From an uncultured Lachnospiraceae bacterium (GTDB taxonomy: Bacteria; Bacillota; Clostridia; Lachnospirales; Anaerotignaceae), in NCBI GenBank assembly GCA_944383855.1, contig CALWRB010000034.1:425-64424 (forward strand): a DNA stretch of 64,000 nucleotides. Direction: 5' to 3'. Positions within the stretch are counted from its first letter, which is position 1, and each line of letters starts with the position of its first letter. A model generated the notes under the pieces. The model was not told the origin of the DNA and made no database searches. It worked only from the letters and a program-made list of their open reading frames with translations. Below are positions 21,201 to 28,749 of this stretch, piece by piece. A program made the position numbers and the translations under genes.

Positions 21201-21886
21201 GCCGCATCTTCCGCAAACGCTTTGCGAATCCACGCAAACCACGGCAGGCATTCCATGGTATCTTCTTCTTTCAGATCAAACAGTTCCGTCATCTGGGTCA
21301 GCAATTTTTGTGGAAAAGGGTACCCCATCGCGAAGCTGTGGATCCTCAATATCAGCTCCCGCAGATCATCGTCTTTCATCTTTCCTGCATACGTTTCCAA
21401 CAACAGGAAAAAAGACTCGTCCTGCGCTTCATAAAGCTCCTCAAATACTTCTTCCAATACCTCTTTTTGCAGCAGACGGATCTCGGTATCGTCCGCAGTT
21501 CTTGCCGCAGGGTCTATATCCACCAGATAACAATATTCCCGGATCACTTGCAGACAAAACGCATGGATCGTTTTCATATCCGCACCGGCAAGGCAGGTCA
21601 TTTGATTTTGCAGCCTAACATCATCAGGGTTTTCTTCCAGTTTTTTTCCGATTGCCTCCGCAACTCGACCGCTCATCTCACTTGCGGCAGCTTTGGTATA
21701 TGTCACCACCAATAAGCGGTCAATATCCACAGGCACTATCTCTCTTGTGACCTTTCTGATAATGCGTTCCACCAACACAGCCGTTTTTCCGCTGCCCGCT
21801 GCCGCGGAAACCAGAATATCCCCGCCTTGTGCTTCGATCGCTTCTTTTTGCTGCGCTGTCCATTCCATGCCTGCCATATTTTCCAC
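18224..21886 (-). CDS. addA: ATP-dependent helicase/nuclease AddA (RecB-like)
   Basis: 1220 aa. UvrD-type Walker A (VSAAAGSGKTAVLVERI), helicase motifs, and a C-terminal RecB-family nuclease motif (VINGVIDCCFKEDGAWVLLDYKSD). Confidence 0.93.
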   Translation of the reverse strand: MENMAGMEWTAQQKEAIEAQGGDILVSAAAGSGKTAVLVERIIRKVTREIVPVDIDRLLVVTYTKAAASEMSGRVAEAIGKKLEENPDDVRLQNQMTCLAGADMKTIHAFCLQVIREYCYLVDIDPAARTADDTEIRLLQKEVLEEVFEELYEAQDESFFLLLETYAGKMKDDDLRELILRIHSFAMGYPFPQKLLTQMTELFDLKEEDTMECLPWFAWIRKAFAEDAAYAKNRLRLAWELAQETSGFEAYAEQLARECEQMQALYDSAQESYANMRMAYVAAEFASLKPYRGKDKETAEQIKSLRNGAKACYQAMQKKYFLFSAQTQEELLRKLYPIASALSRLTLLFLERFQQAKKEKEILDFSDYEHFCLQILVKPESEIGHVVPTDAALEIRKKYEEIMIDEYQDSNPVQEMILTAISGESEGKNNRFMVGDVKQSIYRFRLAMPELFMEKYHRYRAEKGALERKIVLSQNFRSRTQVLNGVNFLFRQLMSPAFGDVAYDEEAMLYPGPEAGLPVPGGGQTELILVESGDTNEEEELPEEIAELDRRRLELLAILERIQELMQSGFQVYDRKQKAYRPLAYRDIAILFRSIRPWATVLEEVCAETGVPYYAETGGGYYEAPEVDTVLNMLRILDNPLQDIPLISLLHSPVFGFTAEELAQIRLLNREGCFYDCLQEALHTDTLEEQLKEKIRTFQTDWEQWRKQAEKCTLSELLHYLYEQTGYYDYVGMTAGGSLRRANLDLLLEKAEQYEEGSRRGLFYFIRYVEDVKLTEEDTPSAKLAGEAENLIRVMPIDKSKGLEFPVVFAADLGKAFYQKDAQNPVILHQYWGYGLDYFDLQTRARYTTLCKTAVAEAIRRENLSEELRVLYVALTRAKEKLILTGSVKQAAKALSDWAADGRRQEILLPSYLLARGKSFLDWIMPALLRHPEGKKFLETETGDGLWEDAPVCVETAEFSFSLRRKTELGRNLLFEREPLPEIPEESGSGQLQKEVAFQLNWAYPHTQATLLPAKMSISEIKRRFLQAEETVEPYHVPMFSVSRQETGRLTATQRGTALHTFLEEADFTQVWDKTALRAFAEELVQKEILTKEEADTLPFDRLRTFFSSDLAKRMQVAKEIKKEQQFSVLMEAKDIFPNGIYDNVEEKVLINGVIDCCFKEDGAWVLLDYKSDRIASEEGFRKRYAIQLQLYRRALESLTQTPVNECYIYAFSLQKEIRL

Positions 21887-21889
21887 CTC

Positions 21890-22477
21890 TCAGCCGGTTC
21901 TTTCTTCTTTCTTTAGGGTTTGCTTCCACCGAATATGAAACGGTACATAGGCGGTAAATGCGCCCATAAACCCACTGTAAGAATTATACCAAAAATTCTC
22001 CAAAAAAGCCAACTGAAAGGGTGTCAATTCTTTTTGAAAAAACACATATCGTGCCGTTACCATGGAAAAAAGCAGAAAAAACCCGCTTTTGTCTATGCAT
22101 GCCGCTCGGTATAAAATATCCGCCATTTTGCGCTCCTGCGCCGAAAGCTCATAAACCTGCTCTGCCGCCTGCATCATATCCTCCCAAATCAACAGCTTTT
22201 TCTTGCGTAACAGTACGCGAATGGTATGATGGATCCCCGCCAGACGAAACAGCCGTTTCATGCCGCGCGCATCGAGTGCCTCTACACGTTCCGCAAAAAA
22301 ATTGCTGCCTGTATGCACCAGACACAGCGTTTCCCACAAATCTGCCGCACTGCTTTCCACACACTGCGCATAAAACGCACCATAAAACGGGTCCTCTGCG
22401 TCATATGCCCGTTTGGAATAATATTCTCTTGCCGCTTCCGCCTGCAGCAATGCCTCTTTTTTCTGTTTTCGATCCAT
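21890..22477 (-). CDS. Hypothetical 195-aa protein, translationally coupled to addA
   Basis: Start is the ATG at 22477 with GGAGGAAGG upstream. The stop lies 3 nt before the addA ATG. Predicted mostly helical, with no motif I recognise. Confidence 0.55.
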   Translation of the reverse strand: MDRKQKKEALLQAEAAREYYSKRAYDAEDPFYGAFYAQCVESSAADLWETLCLVHTGSNFFAERVEALDARGMKRLFRLAGIHHTIRVLLRKKKLLIWEDMMQAAEQVYELSAQERKMADILYRAACIDKSGFFLLFSMVTARYVFFQKELTPFQLAFLENFWYNSYSGFMGAFTAYVPFHIRWKQTLKKEERTG

Positions 22478-22701
22478 AAAGACCTTCCTCCTTTTTTTGT
22501 TTACTTTCTTCCATTGTAAGACTTCTGTTTTCCCGTCGGATAAAAAGACTTTCCCAAATCCCTGCAAGTTCCGACAGACACCGCTTTTTTTCCTCTTACG
22601 GCAGATTAGAATTGACCTGACTGACTATCTGTTTTATACTGAATACAGCATTTTACGGTTTTTTACCGAAAGAACACCATAATTTAAGGAGGAAATGGAT
22701 T

Positions 22702-23169
22702 GTGAAGTGTCCGTTTTGTAATTATCCCGATACCAAAGTCATCGATTCCCGTGCGCAGGATGACAATTCCGCCATTCGCCGCCGCAGACAATGCGAACAT
22801 TGCGGCAAGCGCTTCACCACATACGAAAGGATCGATACCATTCCCATTACCGTCATCAAACGCGACGGCACCAGAGAACTGTTTGACAAAACCAAGCTGT
22901 TGGGCGGCATCATGAAGTCCTGTAATAAACGCCCCGTTTCCGTCAAGCAGATCGAATCTTTGGTAGACGATATTGAAAATACGCTCATCGGCAACGGCGA
23001 AAAAGAAGTGGAAAGCAAAATTTTAGGCAATATGGTCATGGACCGTCTGAAAGATTTGGACGAGGTGGCATATGTACGCTTTGCCTCCGTTTACCGCCAG
23101 TTTAAAGACATCAATACCTTTATCGACGAACTGGAAAAACTGTTACATGAAAAAAAAGAAGAAAAATAA
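22702..23169 (+). CDS. nrdR: Transcriptional repressor NrdR
   Basis: Sequence [21 protein letters not shown]...[17 protein letters not shown] is a zinc ribbon followed by an ATP-cone. GTG start sits 9 nt after AAGGAGG; the nearby ATG at 22695 is out of frame. Confidence 0.95.
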   Translation: MKCPFCNYPDTKVIDSRAQDDNSAIRRRRQCEHCGKRFTTYERIDTIPITVIKRDGTRELFDKTKLLGGIMKSCNKRPVSVKQIESLVDDIENTLIGNGEKEVESKILGNMVMDRLKDLDEVAYVRFASVYRQFKDINTFIDELEKLLHEKKEEK

Positions 23170-23184
23170 GGGAAGTGGCAGTCA

Positions 23185-23466
23185 ATGGAAGAAAAGATCA
23201 TCGCCTACTTCGGCTATGAAGAAGCAGGCGCCTCTGTCGCAGCCGACCTTGCCGCGCGTTACCGTGCCTGCGGCTATGAAGTGACCCTTGCTAAGGACAG
23301 CCACGCGCGCTGTCTGGAACTTGCCACGCAGGCAGGCGCAGGACATCTGCTCTATTTTGAAGATGACACCCATCTGCTGTTTTCTCTTTTAACAGGTCAG
23401 ATGCAGGGGTTTACCACCCGTATGCGGACGCAGGATCTGGTCTTGCCGCCGACAGAAAAAAAATAA
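23185..23466 (+). CDS. Hypothetical 93-aa protein co-transcribed with nrdR
   Basis: ORF begins 15 nt after the nrdR stop, with GGGAAGTGG as a weak RBS. No recognisable motif. Confidence 0.45.
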   Translation: MEEKIIAYFGYEEAGASVAADLAARYRACGYEVTLAKDSHARCLELATQAGAGHLLYFEDDTHLLFSLLTGQMQGFTTRMRTQDLVLPPTEKK

Positions 23467-23554
23467 AATAAGACAGGCAATATTTTACAAAATACCTCAT
23501 AGGATTGAACTGTAACACCGTAACACGATTTTATCTGAAGGAGGTATTTGTATT

Positions 23555-23734
23555 ATGTGCGGATTTGGTTGTGGTAATGATAACTTCTTGTGGTTGATCC
23601 TGTTATTGTGCTGCTGCAACGGCAACAACAATAATGTGGGCGGCTGCGGCACAGAAAATTCCTGGATCTGGATCATTCTGCTGCTGTACTGCTGCGGCGG
23701 AAACAATCAGCTGAACAACTGCTCTTCCTGCTGA
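23555..23734 (+). CDS. 59-aa Cys/Asn-rich tandem-repeat hydrophobic microprotein (not in the ORF track)
   Basis: GAAGGAGG at 23537..23544 lies 10 nt upstream of the ATG. My translation is MCGFGCGNDNFLWLILLLCCCNGNNNNVGGCGTENSWIWIILLLYCCGGNNQLNNCSSC. An intrinsic terminator follows 16 nt downstream. Confidence 0.7.
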   Translation: MCGFGCGNDNFLWLILLLCCCNGNNNNVGGCGTENSWIWIILLLYCCGGNNQLNNCSSC

Positions 23735-23749
23735 TTCGCTCCTGCAAAA

Positions 23750-23792
23750 ACGGGCTTCCTCGGGCATCTGTGCCTGTGGAGCCCGTTTTTTT
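23750..23792 (+). terminator. Rho-independent terminator after the microprotein gene
   Basis: ACGGGCTTCC...GGAGCCCGT followed by TTTTTTT. Confidence 0.7.
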
Positions 23793-23845
23793 GCGACAGC
23801 TTGTCCATCTTCCGCCCTTCTCTTTCCCCTTTTTTCTCCTTGTAT

Positions 23846-24118
23846 TCAATCAATCGTGCGTAATAGCCGCTCGATCTGTTCTACCTCTATCAGTATCGTA
23901 TCCTCACCGATTTTTTTGATGCAATTCCACGGGATAAAATATGCCTGTTCTCTGGAAAACAGACAAAACCGACCACTCTCTTTCGGAACGATCAGCGTAC
24001 AGATCCGACCGGAAGGTATCTCCAGTATAAAATCTCCAATACACCCTAAACACCCGCCGTCACAGACATTGATGACTTCCTTTTCCTGCAACTGCGAAAA
24101 AAATTCTTCTTTCATCAT
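23846..24118 (-). CDS. ylmC: YlmC/YmxH-family (PRC-barrel) sporulation protein
   Basis: 90 aa with ...KEVINVCDGGCLGCIGDFILEIPSGRICTLIVP...IPWNCIKKIGEDTILIEV, typical of YlmC/YmxH. Confidence 0.8.
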   Translation of the reverse strand: MMKEEFFSQLQEKEVINVCDGGCLGCIGDFILEIPSGRICTLIVPKESGRFCLFSREQAYFIPWNCIKKIGEDTILIEVEQIERLLRTID

Positions 24119-24217
24119 AAATCTCCCCCGTTTGCTCCATAATTTCCTCTCCTTTTTATCTTATGGAAAAAACGCTTGCCCCTTTCCAAAAAAAGCCGCT
24201 TTTCATGCAAAATGCTA

Positions 24218-24246
24218 TTGACGGATGCCTTTGGAACAGATACAAT
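24218..24246 (+). promoter_or_regulatory. Sigma-A promoter of nrdDG
   Basis: TTGACG (24218..24223), 17-nt spacer, TACAAT (24241..24246). Confidence 0.6.
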
Positions 24247-24287
24247 ATATACAGCGACATTTTTTGGATAGACCCAATATATTGTGG
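24240..24287 (+). promoter_or_regulatory. Tandem NrdR boxes
   Basis: ATACAATATATACAGC (24240..24255) and ACCCAATATATTGTGG (24272..24287). Centres are 32 bp apart and box 1 overlaps the -10 element. Both resemble the palindromic NrdR-box consensus acaCwAtATaTwGtgt. Confidence 0.7.
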
Positions 24288-24371
24288 TTTTGTACGACAT
24301 AAAGAAAAGATCACAATTTGAAATATATCCAATCGGAACGATGAAAAAAATACAGAAAAGAGGGGAAATTC

Positions 24372-26720
24372 ATGATCACCACCATCAAAAAACGTGATGG
24401 CAGAACCGTTTACTTTGACATCAATAAAATTGCCAGTGCCATCGAGAAAGCTTTTGAAGCCACAACCGGAAAGAAAGACTACAGCATCTGCCTATCTTTG
24501 GCACAGGAGATTTCTTCCGCCTTTGAGGCACAAGAAGTGGACACGCCTACTGTCGAGCAGATTCAGGATATGGTAGAGAAAAAACTGATCGAACACGGCT
24601 TTGTCAGCACTGCCAAGGCATATATTCTTTACCGCGCGGAACGCACCCGTGTGCGCAATATGAACGATCGCCTGATGAAAACATTTGAGGACATCACCTA
24701 TAAAGACGCCACAGACAGCGATATTAAACGCGAAAATGCCAATATCGACGGAAATACCGCTATGGGTTCCATGCTGAAATACGGTTCCGAAGGCGCAAAA
24801 CATTTCTATGAGAGTTATGTGCTCAATCCCGCTCACTCCGAAGCGCACAGAAACGGAGATATCCATATCCATGACTTAGATTTTTATACTTTGACTACCA
24901 CTTGCTGCCAGATCGATCTGCTGAAATTGTTTGAAGGCGGCTTCTCTACCGGTCACGGCGTACTCAGAGAGCCGAACGACATCTCCAGTTACGCCTCTTT
25001 GGCTTGTATCGCCATTCAGTCCAACCAAAACGATCAGCACGGCGGTCAGTCGATCCCGAATTTCGATTACAGTCTGGCACCGGGTGTTGCAAAAACGTAT
25101 AAAAAACGCTATATTTCCAACATCAGCTCTGCCATCGAGGTGATCGATTCTGTCGAAAACGCAGAAAAGGTCAAAGAAGTTTACCGTTCTCTGGAAGAAA
25201 AAGGCATGACACCCAAATTGGACCGCAGCGAAGATTTTGACAAAGAAGAAGCTGCACTCATCGAAAAAGCAGGCATTGACAGTGCCGTATTCCAAAAAGC
25301 AAAGGCTTTCGCGGAGAAAAAAGCCGTTGAGGAAACAGATAAAGCTACTTACCAAGCAATGGAAGCGCTGCTGCATAACCTCAATACCATGCACAGCCGT
25401 GCCGGTGCGCAGACGCCTTTCTCCTCCATCAACTATGGTATGGATACTTCCAGCGAAGCGCGTATGGTGATGAAAAATATGCTTTTGGTCACCGAAGCAG
25501 GTTTGGGCAACGGCGAAACCGCCATTTTCCCGATCCAGATCTTCCGTGTCAAAGAAGGCGTCAACTTCAACCCCGGCGAGCCGAACTATGATCTGTTTAA
25601 ATTGGCATGCCGTGTCAGCGCAAAACGACTGTTCCCGAATTTCTCTTTCCAGGACGCTCCTTTCAATCTGAAATATTATAAAGAAGGACACCCGGAAACC
25701 GAAATCGCCTATATGGGCTGCCGCACCAGAGTCATGGGCAACGTCCATGACCCCGAACGTGAGATCACGCCCGGCAGAGGTAATTTGAGCTTTACTAGCA
25801 TCAACCTGCCTCGTTTGGGCATTCTGGCAAATAAAAATATCGATTGGTTCTATCACGAACTGGATCATAAGATGGATCTGGTGGTAGAACAGTTGCTGGA
25901 ACGCTTTGAGATCCAAGCAAAGAAAAAAGTACACAACTACCCCTTCCTGATGGGTGAAGGCGTTTGGATCGACAGTGATAAACTCAACTATAACGATGAA
26001 GTCAGAGAAGTTTTGAAACACGGTACACTTTCCATCGGTTTCATCGGTCTGGCAGAATGCCTGAAAGCACTGCTCGGCGTACACCACGGAGAAAGTGAAG
26101 TGGCACAGAATCTGGGTATCGATATCATCAGCCATATGAGAAAACGTCTGGACGATCTGTCCCAAAAGACGAAATTGAACTTTACCCTTTTGGCAACGCC
26201 CGCAGAAGGTCTTTCCGGCAGATTTGTCAGAATGGATCGTCAGCGTTTCGGTTCCATCGAAGGCATCACAGATCGCGAATATTACACCAACAGTTTCCAT
26301 ATTCCTGTATACTTCCCGATCAGTGCATACAAGAAGATTCAGTTGGAAGCACCGTACCACGCGCTGACCAATGCCGGGCATATCACTTATGTAGAATTGG
26401 ACGGCGACCCCAGCAGCAATCTGGATGCATTCGAAAAGATCATTCGCTATATGAAAGCACAAGGCATCGGTTATGGCTCCATCAACCACCCGGTAGACCG
26501 CGACCCTATCTGCGGCTACAATGGTATTATCGGTGACACCTGCCCGAAATGCGGCAGAAAAGAAGAAGACGGACCTGTCGGCTTCCAGCGGATCCGCCGT
26601 ATCACAGGTTATCTGGTCGGCACTTTGGATCGTTTTAATAACGCAAAACGCGCCGAAGTACGAGATCGTGTGAAACATTCCGTTGTGACAGATGTCAAAT
26701 TATCTTCAAAGGAAGGATAA
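24372..26720 (+). CDS. nrdD: Anaerobic ribonucleoside-triphosphate reductase (class III)
   Basis: 782 aa. N-terminal ATP-cone (MITTIKKRDGRTVYFDINKI), C-terminal Zn site CPKCG and glycyl-radical motif RRITGYLVG. Confidence 0.95.
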   Translation: MITTIKKRDGRTVYFDINKIASAIEKAFEATTGKKDYSICLSLAQEISSAFEAQEVDTPTVEQIQDMVEKKLIEHGFVSTAKAYILYRAERTRVRNMNDRLMKTFEDITYKDATDSDIKRENANIDGNTAMGSMLKYGSEGAKHFYESYVLNPAHSEAHRNGDIHIHDLDFYTLTTTCCQIDLLKLFEGGFSTGHGVLREPNDISSYASLACIAIQSNQNDQHGGQSIPNFDYSLAPGVAKTYKKRYISNISSAIEVIDSVENAEKVKEVYRSLEEKGMTPKLDRSEDFDKEEAALIEKAGIDSAVFQKAKAFAEKKAVEETDKATYQAMEALLHNLNTMHSRAGAQTPFSSINYGMDTSSEARMVMKNMLLVTEAGLGNGETAIFPIQIFRVKEGVNFNPGEPNYDLFKLACRVSAKRLFPNFSFQDAPFNLKYYKEGHPETEIAYMGCRTRVMGNVHDPEREITPGRGNLSFTSINLPRLGILANKNIDWFYHELDHKMDLVVEQLLERFEIQAKKKVHNYPFLMGEGVWIDSDKLNYNDEVREVLKHGTLSIGFIGLAECLKALLGVHHGESEVAQNLGIDIISHMRKRLDDLSQKTKLNFTLLATPAEGLSGRFVRMDRQRFGSIEGITDREYYTNSFHIPVYFPISAYKKIQLEAPYHALTNAGHITYVELDGDPSSNLDAFEKIIRYMKAQGIGYGSINHPVDRDPICGYNGIIGDTCPKCGRKEEDGPVGFQRIRRITGYLVGTLDRFNNAKRAEVRDRVKHSVVTDVKLSSKEG

Positions 26721-26725
26721 CGCTT

Positions 26726-27241
26726 ATGCAAATCAAAATCAGCGGTGTGGTTTCCGATTCGATTGTAGATGGACCGGGGCTGCGTATGACCGTTTTCACG
26801 CAAGGCTGCTCGCATCGCTGCCCCGGCTGCCACAATCCGCAGACACATGACCCAGAAGGCGGATTCTTCGCGGATACTGAAGATATTTTGCATGCACTCA
26901 CAGAAAATCCGCTGCTGGACGGCATCACGCTTTCCGGCGGCGATCCCATGGAACAGGCTGAAGCATGCGCACAGTTGGCAAAAGGCGCGCATGATGCCGG
27001 GCTAAGTGTTTGGACTTACACGGGATACACTTGGGAAGCACTGTTACAGGAGCGGGATCCTCATCGCATGGCACTTCTGGAGCAAACCGATGTCTTGGTA
27101 GACGGTCCCTTCCTGTCGGAGCAGCGTTCTTTGGAGCTGCAATTTCGCGGCAGCCGCAACCAGCGTTTGATCCGTGCGGCAGAAAGTCTGCGATCCGATT
27201 CTCTGCTTCTTTGGGAACCGCCGCAATATTTTGGGATTTAA
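26726..27241 (+). CDS. nrdG: Anaerobic RNR activating protein (radical SAM)
   Basis: Radical SAM motif GCSHRCPGCHN; 171 aa, immediately after nrdD. Confidence 0.93.
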   Translation: MQIKISGVVSDSIVDGPGLRMTVFTQGCSHRCPGCHNPQTHDPEGGFFADTEDILHALTENPLLDGITLSGGDPMEQAEACAQLAKGAHDAGLSVWTYTGYTWEALLQERDPHRMALLEQTDVLVDGPFLSEQRSLELQFRGSRNQRLIRAAESLRSDSLLLWEPPQYFGI

Positions 27242-27247
27242 GGAAAA

Positions 27248-27281
27248 GAACCAATGCCGCGATCGGCATTGGTCTTTTTTG
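27248..27281 (+). terminator. Rho-independent terminator of nrdDG
   Basis: GAACCAATGCCG-cga-TCGGCATTGGTC followed by TTTTTT. Confidence 0.85.
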
Positions 27282-27399
27282 TTCAAAAAAACTTTTTTTT
27301 CACAAAATTTGTCATGTTTTGCTTGCAAACAGAACTTGTATCTTGTATACTTAATAATGTTTATAATATTTTTAAAATAATTTAAGGGAAGTGTGTTCT

Positions 27400-28065
27400 A
27401 TGCGGAATCTGACTGTTGTATTAACAGAAACCGATCGACTGATTTTGGAATCCTATAAACATACTGCTGATGCGATTGCCGATTTCTGGCAGGACAGCTG
27501 TGAAATCGTGATCCACTCATTGGAACGTCTTGACTGCTCTATCATAAAAATCGTCAATGGGCAACACTCCGGGCGTGGTGTTGGTTCTCCGATTACCGAC
27601 GCAACCCTTGCCATTTTAAACCGTATGCTGGACGATCCTTCTTTGCGTCATGTGACCTACTTTACGCAAAATGCCAGAGGGGAACATGTGAAAGCCTCTA
27701 CCTCTGCCATTTATGGGGAAAATTATCGTATCATCGGCTTATTTTGCATCAATTTCTTTCTGAGTACCCCATTTTCTTCTTTCCTGCATGTTTTAACGCC
27801 GAGCAATACGCAAAGCTTGAAGGCACACTTGCGCGAGAATTTTGCGGATAACACGGAAGACCTCATGCTGTCCGCCTTGGACGAAGTGAAAAAAATGGTT
27901 TATGATGACCCGACGGTTTCCCCTTCTAATAAAAACAAAGAAATTATCTATTTACTCTATCAAAAAGGCATTTTTAATCTGAAGGACTCCGTCATCACGA
28001 TCGCAACGCATCTGGGGATCTCTAAAAATACAGTTTATATGCATATCCGAAACATACCGAAATAA
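27400..28065 (+). CDS. YheO-like PAS-domain / HTH transcriptional regulator
   Basis: The N-terminal YheO-like sensory region and the C-terminal HTH (ITIATHLGISKNTVYMHIRN) match the family, as does divergent pairing with a RidA gene. Start taken as the ATG at 27400. Confidence 0.7.
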   Translation: MRNLTVVLTETDRLILESYKHTADAIADFWQDSCEIVIHSLERLDCSIIKIVNGQHSGRGVGSPITDATLAILNRMLDDPSLRHVTYFTQNARGEHVKASTSAIYGENYRIIGLFCINFFLSTPFSSFLHVLTPSNTQSLKAHLRENFADNTEDLMLSALDEVKKMVYDDPTVSPSNKNKEIIYLLYQKGIFNLKDSVITIATHLGISKNTVYMHIRNIPK

Positions 28066-28083
28066 TATTTTTTCATATCAAAA

Positions 28084-28120
28084 AAGGATCACGTTTTTTG
28101 CGTGACCCTTTCTTTTTTAT
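28084..28120. terminator. Bidirectional terminator between the YheO-like gene and ridA
   Basis: AAAAAAGGATCACG-ttttttg-CGTGACCC-TTTCTTTTTT. Confidence 0.65.
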
Positions 28121-28152
28121 TGCTTGACTTTCTATCTGTGCCTGTCAAAACC

Positions 28153-28527
28153 TTATTTCATTTCCGCAATTACTTCTACCTCGCACAGACCGCCCATCGG
28201 CAGACCTTTTACCGCATAGCAGGAGCGAGCGGGTTTTGTTGTAAAATATTTGCCGTATACTTCATTAAACGCACCAAACTCAGCAATATCTGCCAAGAAG
28301 CAAGTAGCTTTTACGACATTTGCAAATGTCAAACCATTCGCTGTCAAAATCGCTTCGAGATTTTTCATTACCTGTTCTGCCTGTTCCGCAATGGTTTCTC
28401 CTGCCAGCTTGCCTGTTACAGGATCAATGCCCAGCTGACCGGAAGTAAACAAAAATCCGTTTGCTGCCACTGCCTGGCTGTAAGGTCCTACTGCTGCGGG
28501 TGCTTTGTCTGTGTTTGTAAACTGCAT
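28153..28527 (-). CDS. ridA: RidA family reactive-intermediate (enamine/imine) deaminase
   Basis: Sequence MQFTNTDKAPAAVGPYSQAV...GQLGIDPVTGKL...CEVEVIA. Start set at 28527 with AGGAGG upstream. Confidence 0.92.
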   Translation of the reverse strand: MQFTNTDKAPAAVGPYSQAVAANGFLFTSGQLGIDPVTGKLAGETIAEQAEQVMKNLEAILTANGLTFANVVKATCFLADIAEFGAFNEVYGKYFTTKPARSCYAVKGLPMGGLCEVEVIAEMK

Positions 28528-28749
28528 TCCTCTCAACCTCCTGTATGAAAAATACTTTACCAATAACTCCCTTCTTTTATTGTACCACGAAAAAAAATAA
28601 CGTCAACAGACAAAGCGTGAATTCCTTGATACAAACAGAATGTTTGAAAAAAATAATATTTCTTTTTTTCCATTTTTCGGTTAAAATAGAAATGATGCGA
28701 AAAATTACGGTGATACCGATAGCATAAAACATAGAAAGGATCGATATAC

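Noticed and set aside
22695-22697. ATG just upstream of nrdR, considered as an alternative start
   Set aside because: It is out of frame with nrdR, lies only 2 nt from the RBS and gives an 8-codon ORF. The GTG at 22702 has ideal spacing and yields the canonical MKCPFC N-terminus.
23497-23706. 69-aa minus-strand ORF listed in the track over the microprotein locus
   Set aside because: It has no RBS and runs into the upstream region. The plus strand carries a canonical RBS, an internally repeated coding pattern and a terminator, so the plus-strand 59-aa ORF is preferred.
24876-26678. 600-aa minus-strand ORF antisense to nrdD, and likewise 60453..62267 antisense to carB
   Set aside because: These are antisense shadows of highly conserved genes, with no RBS and low-complexity composition.
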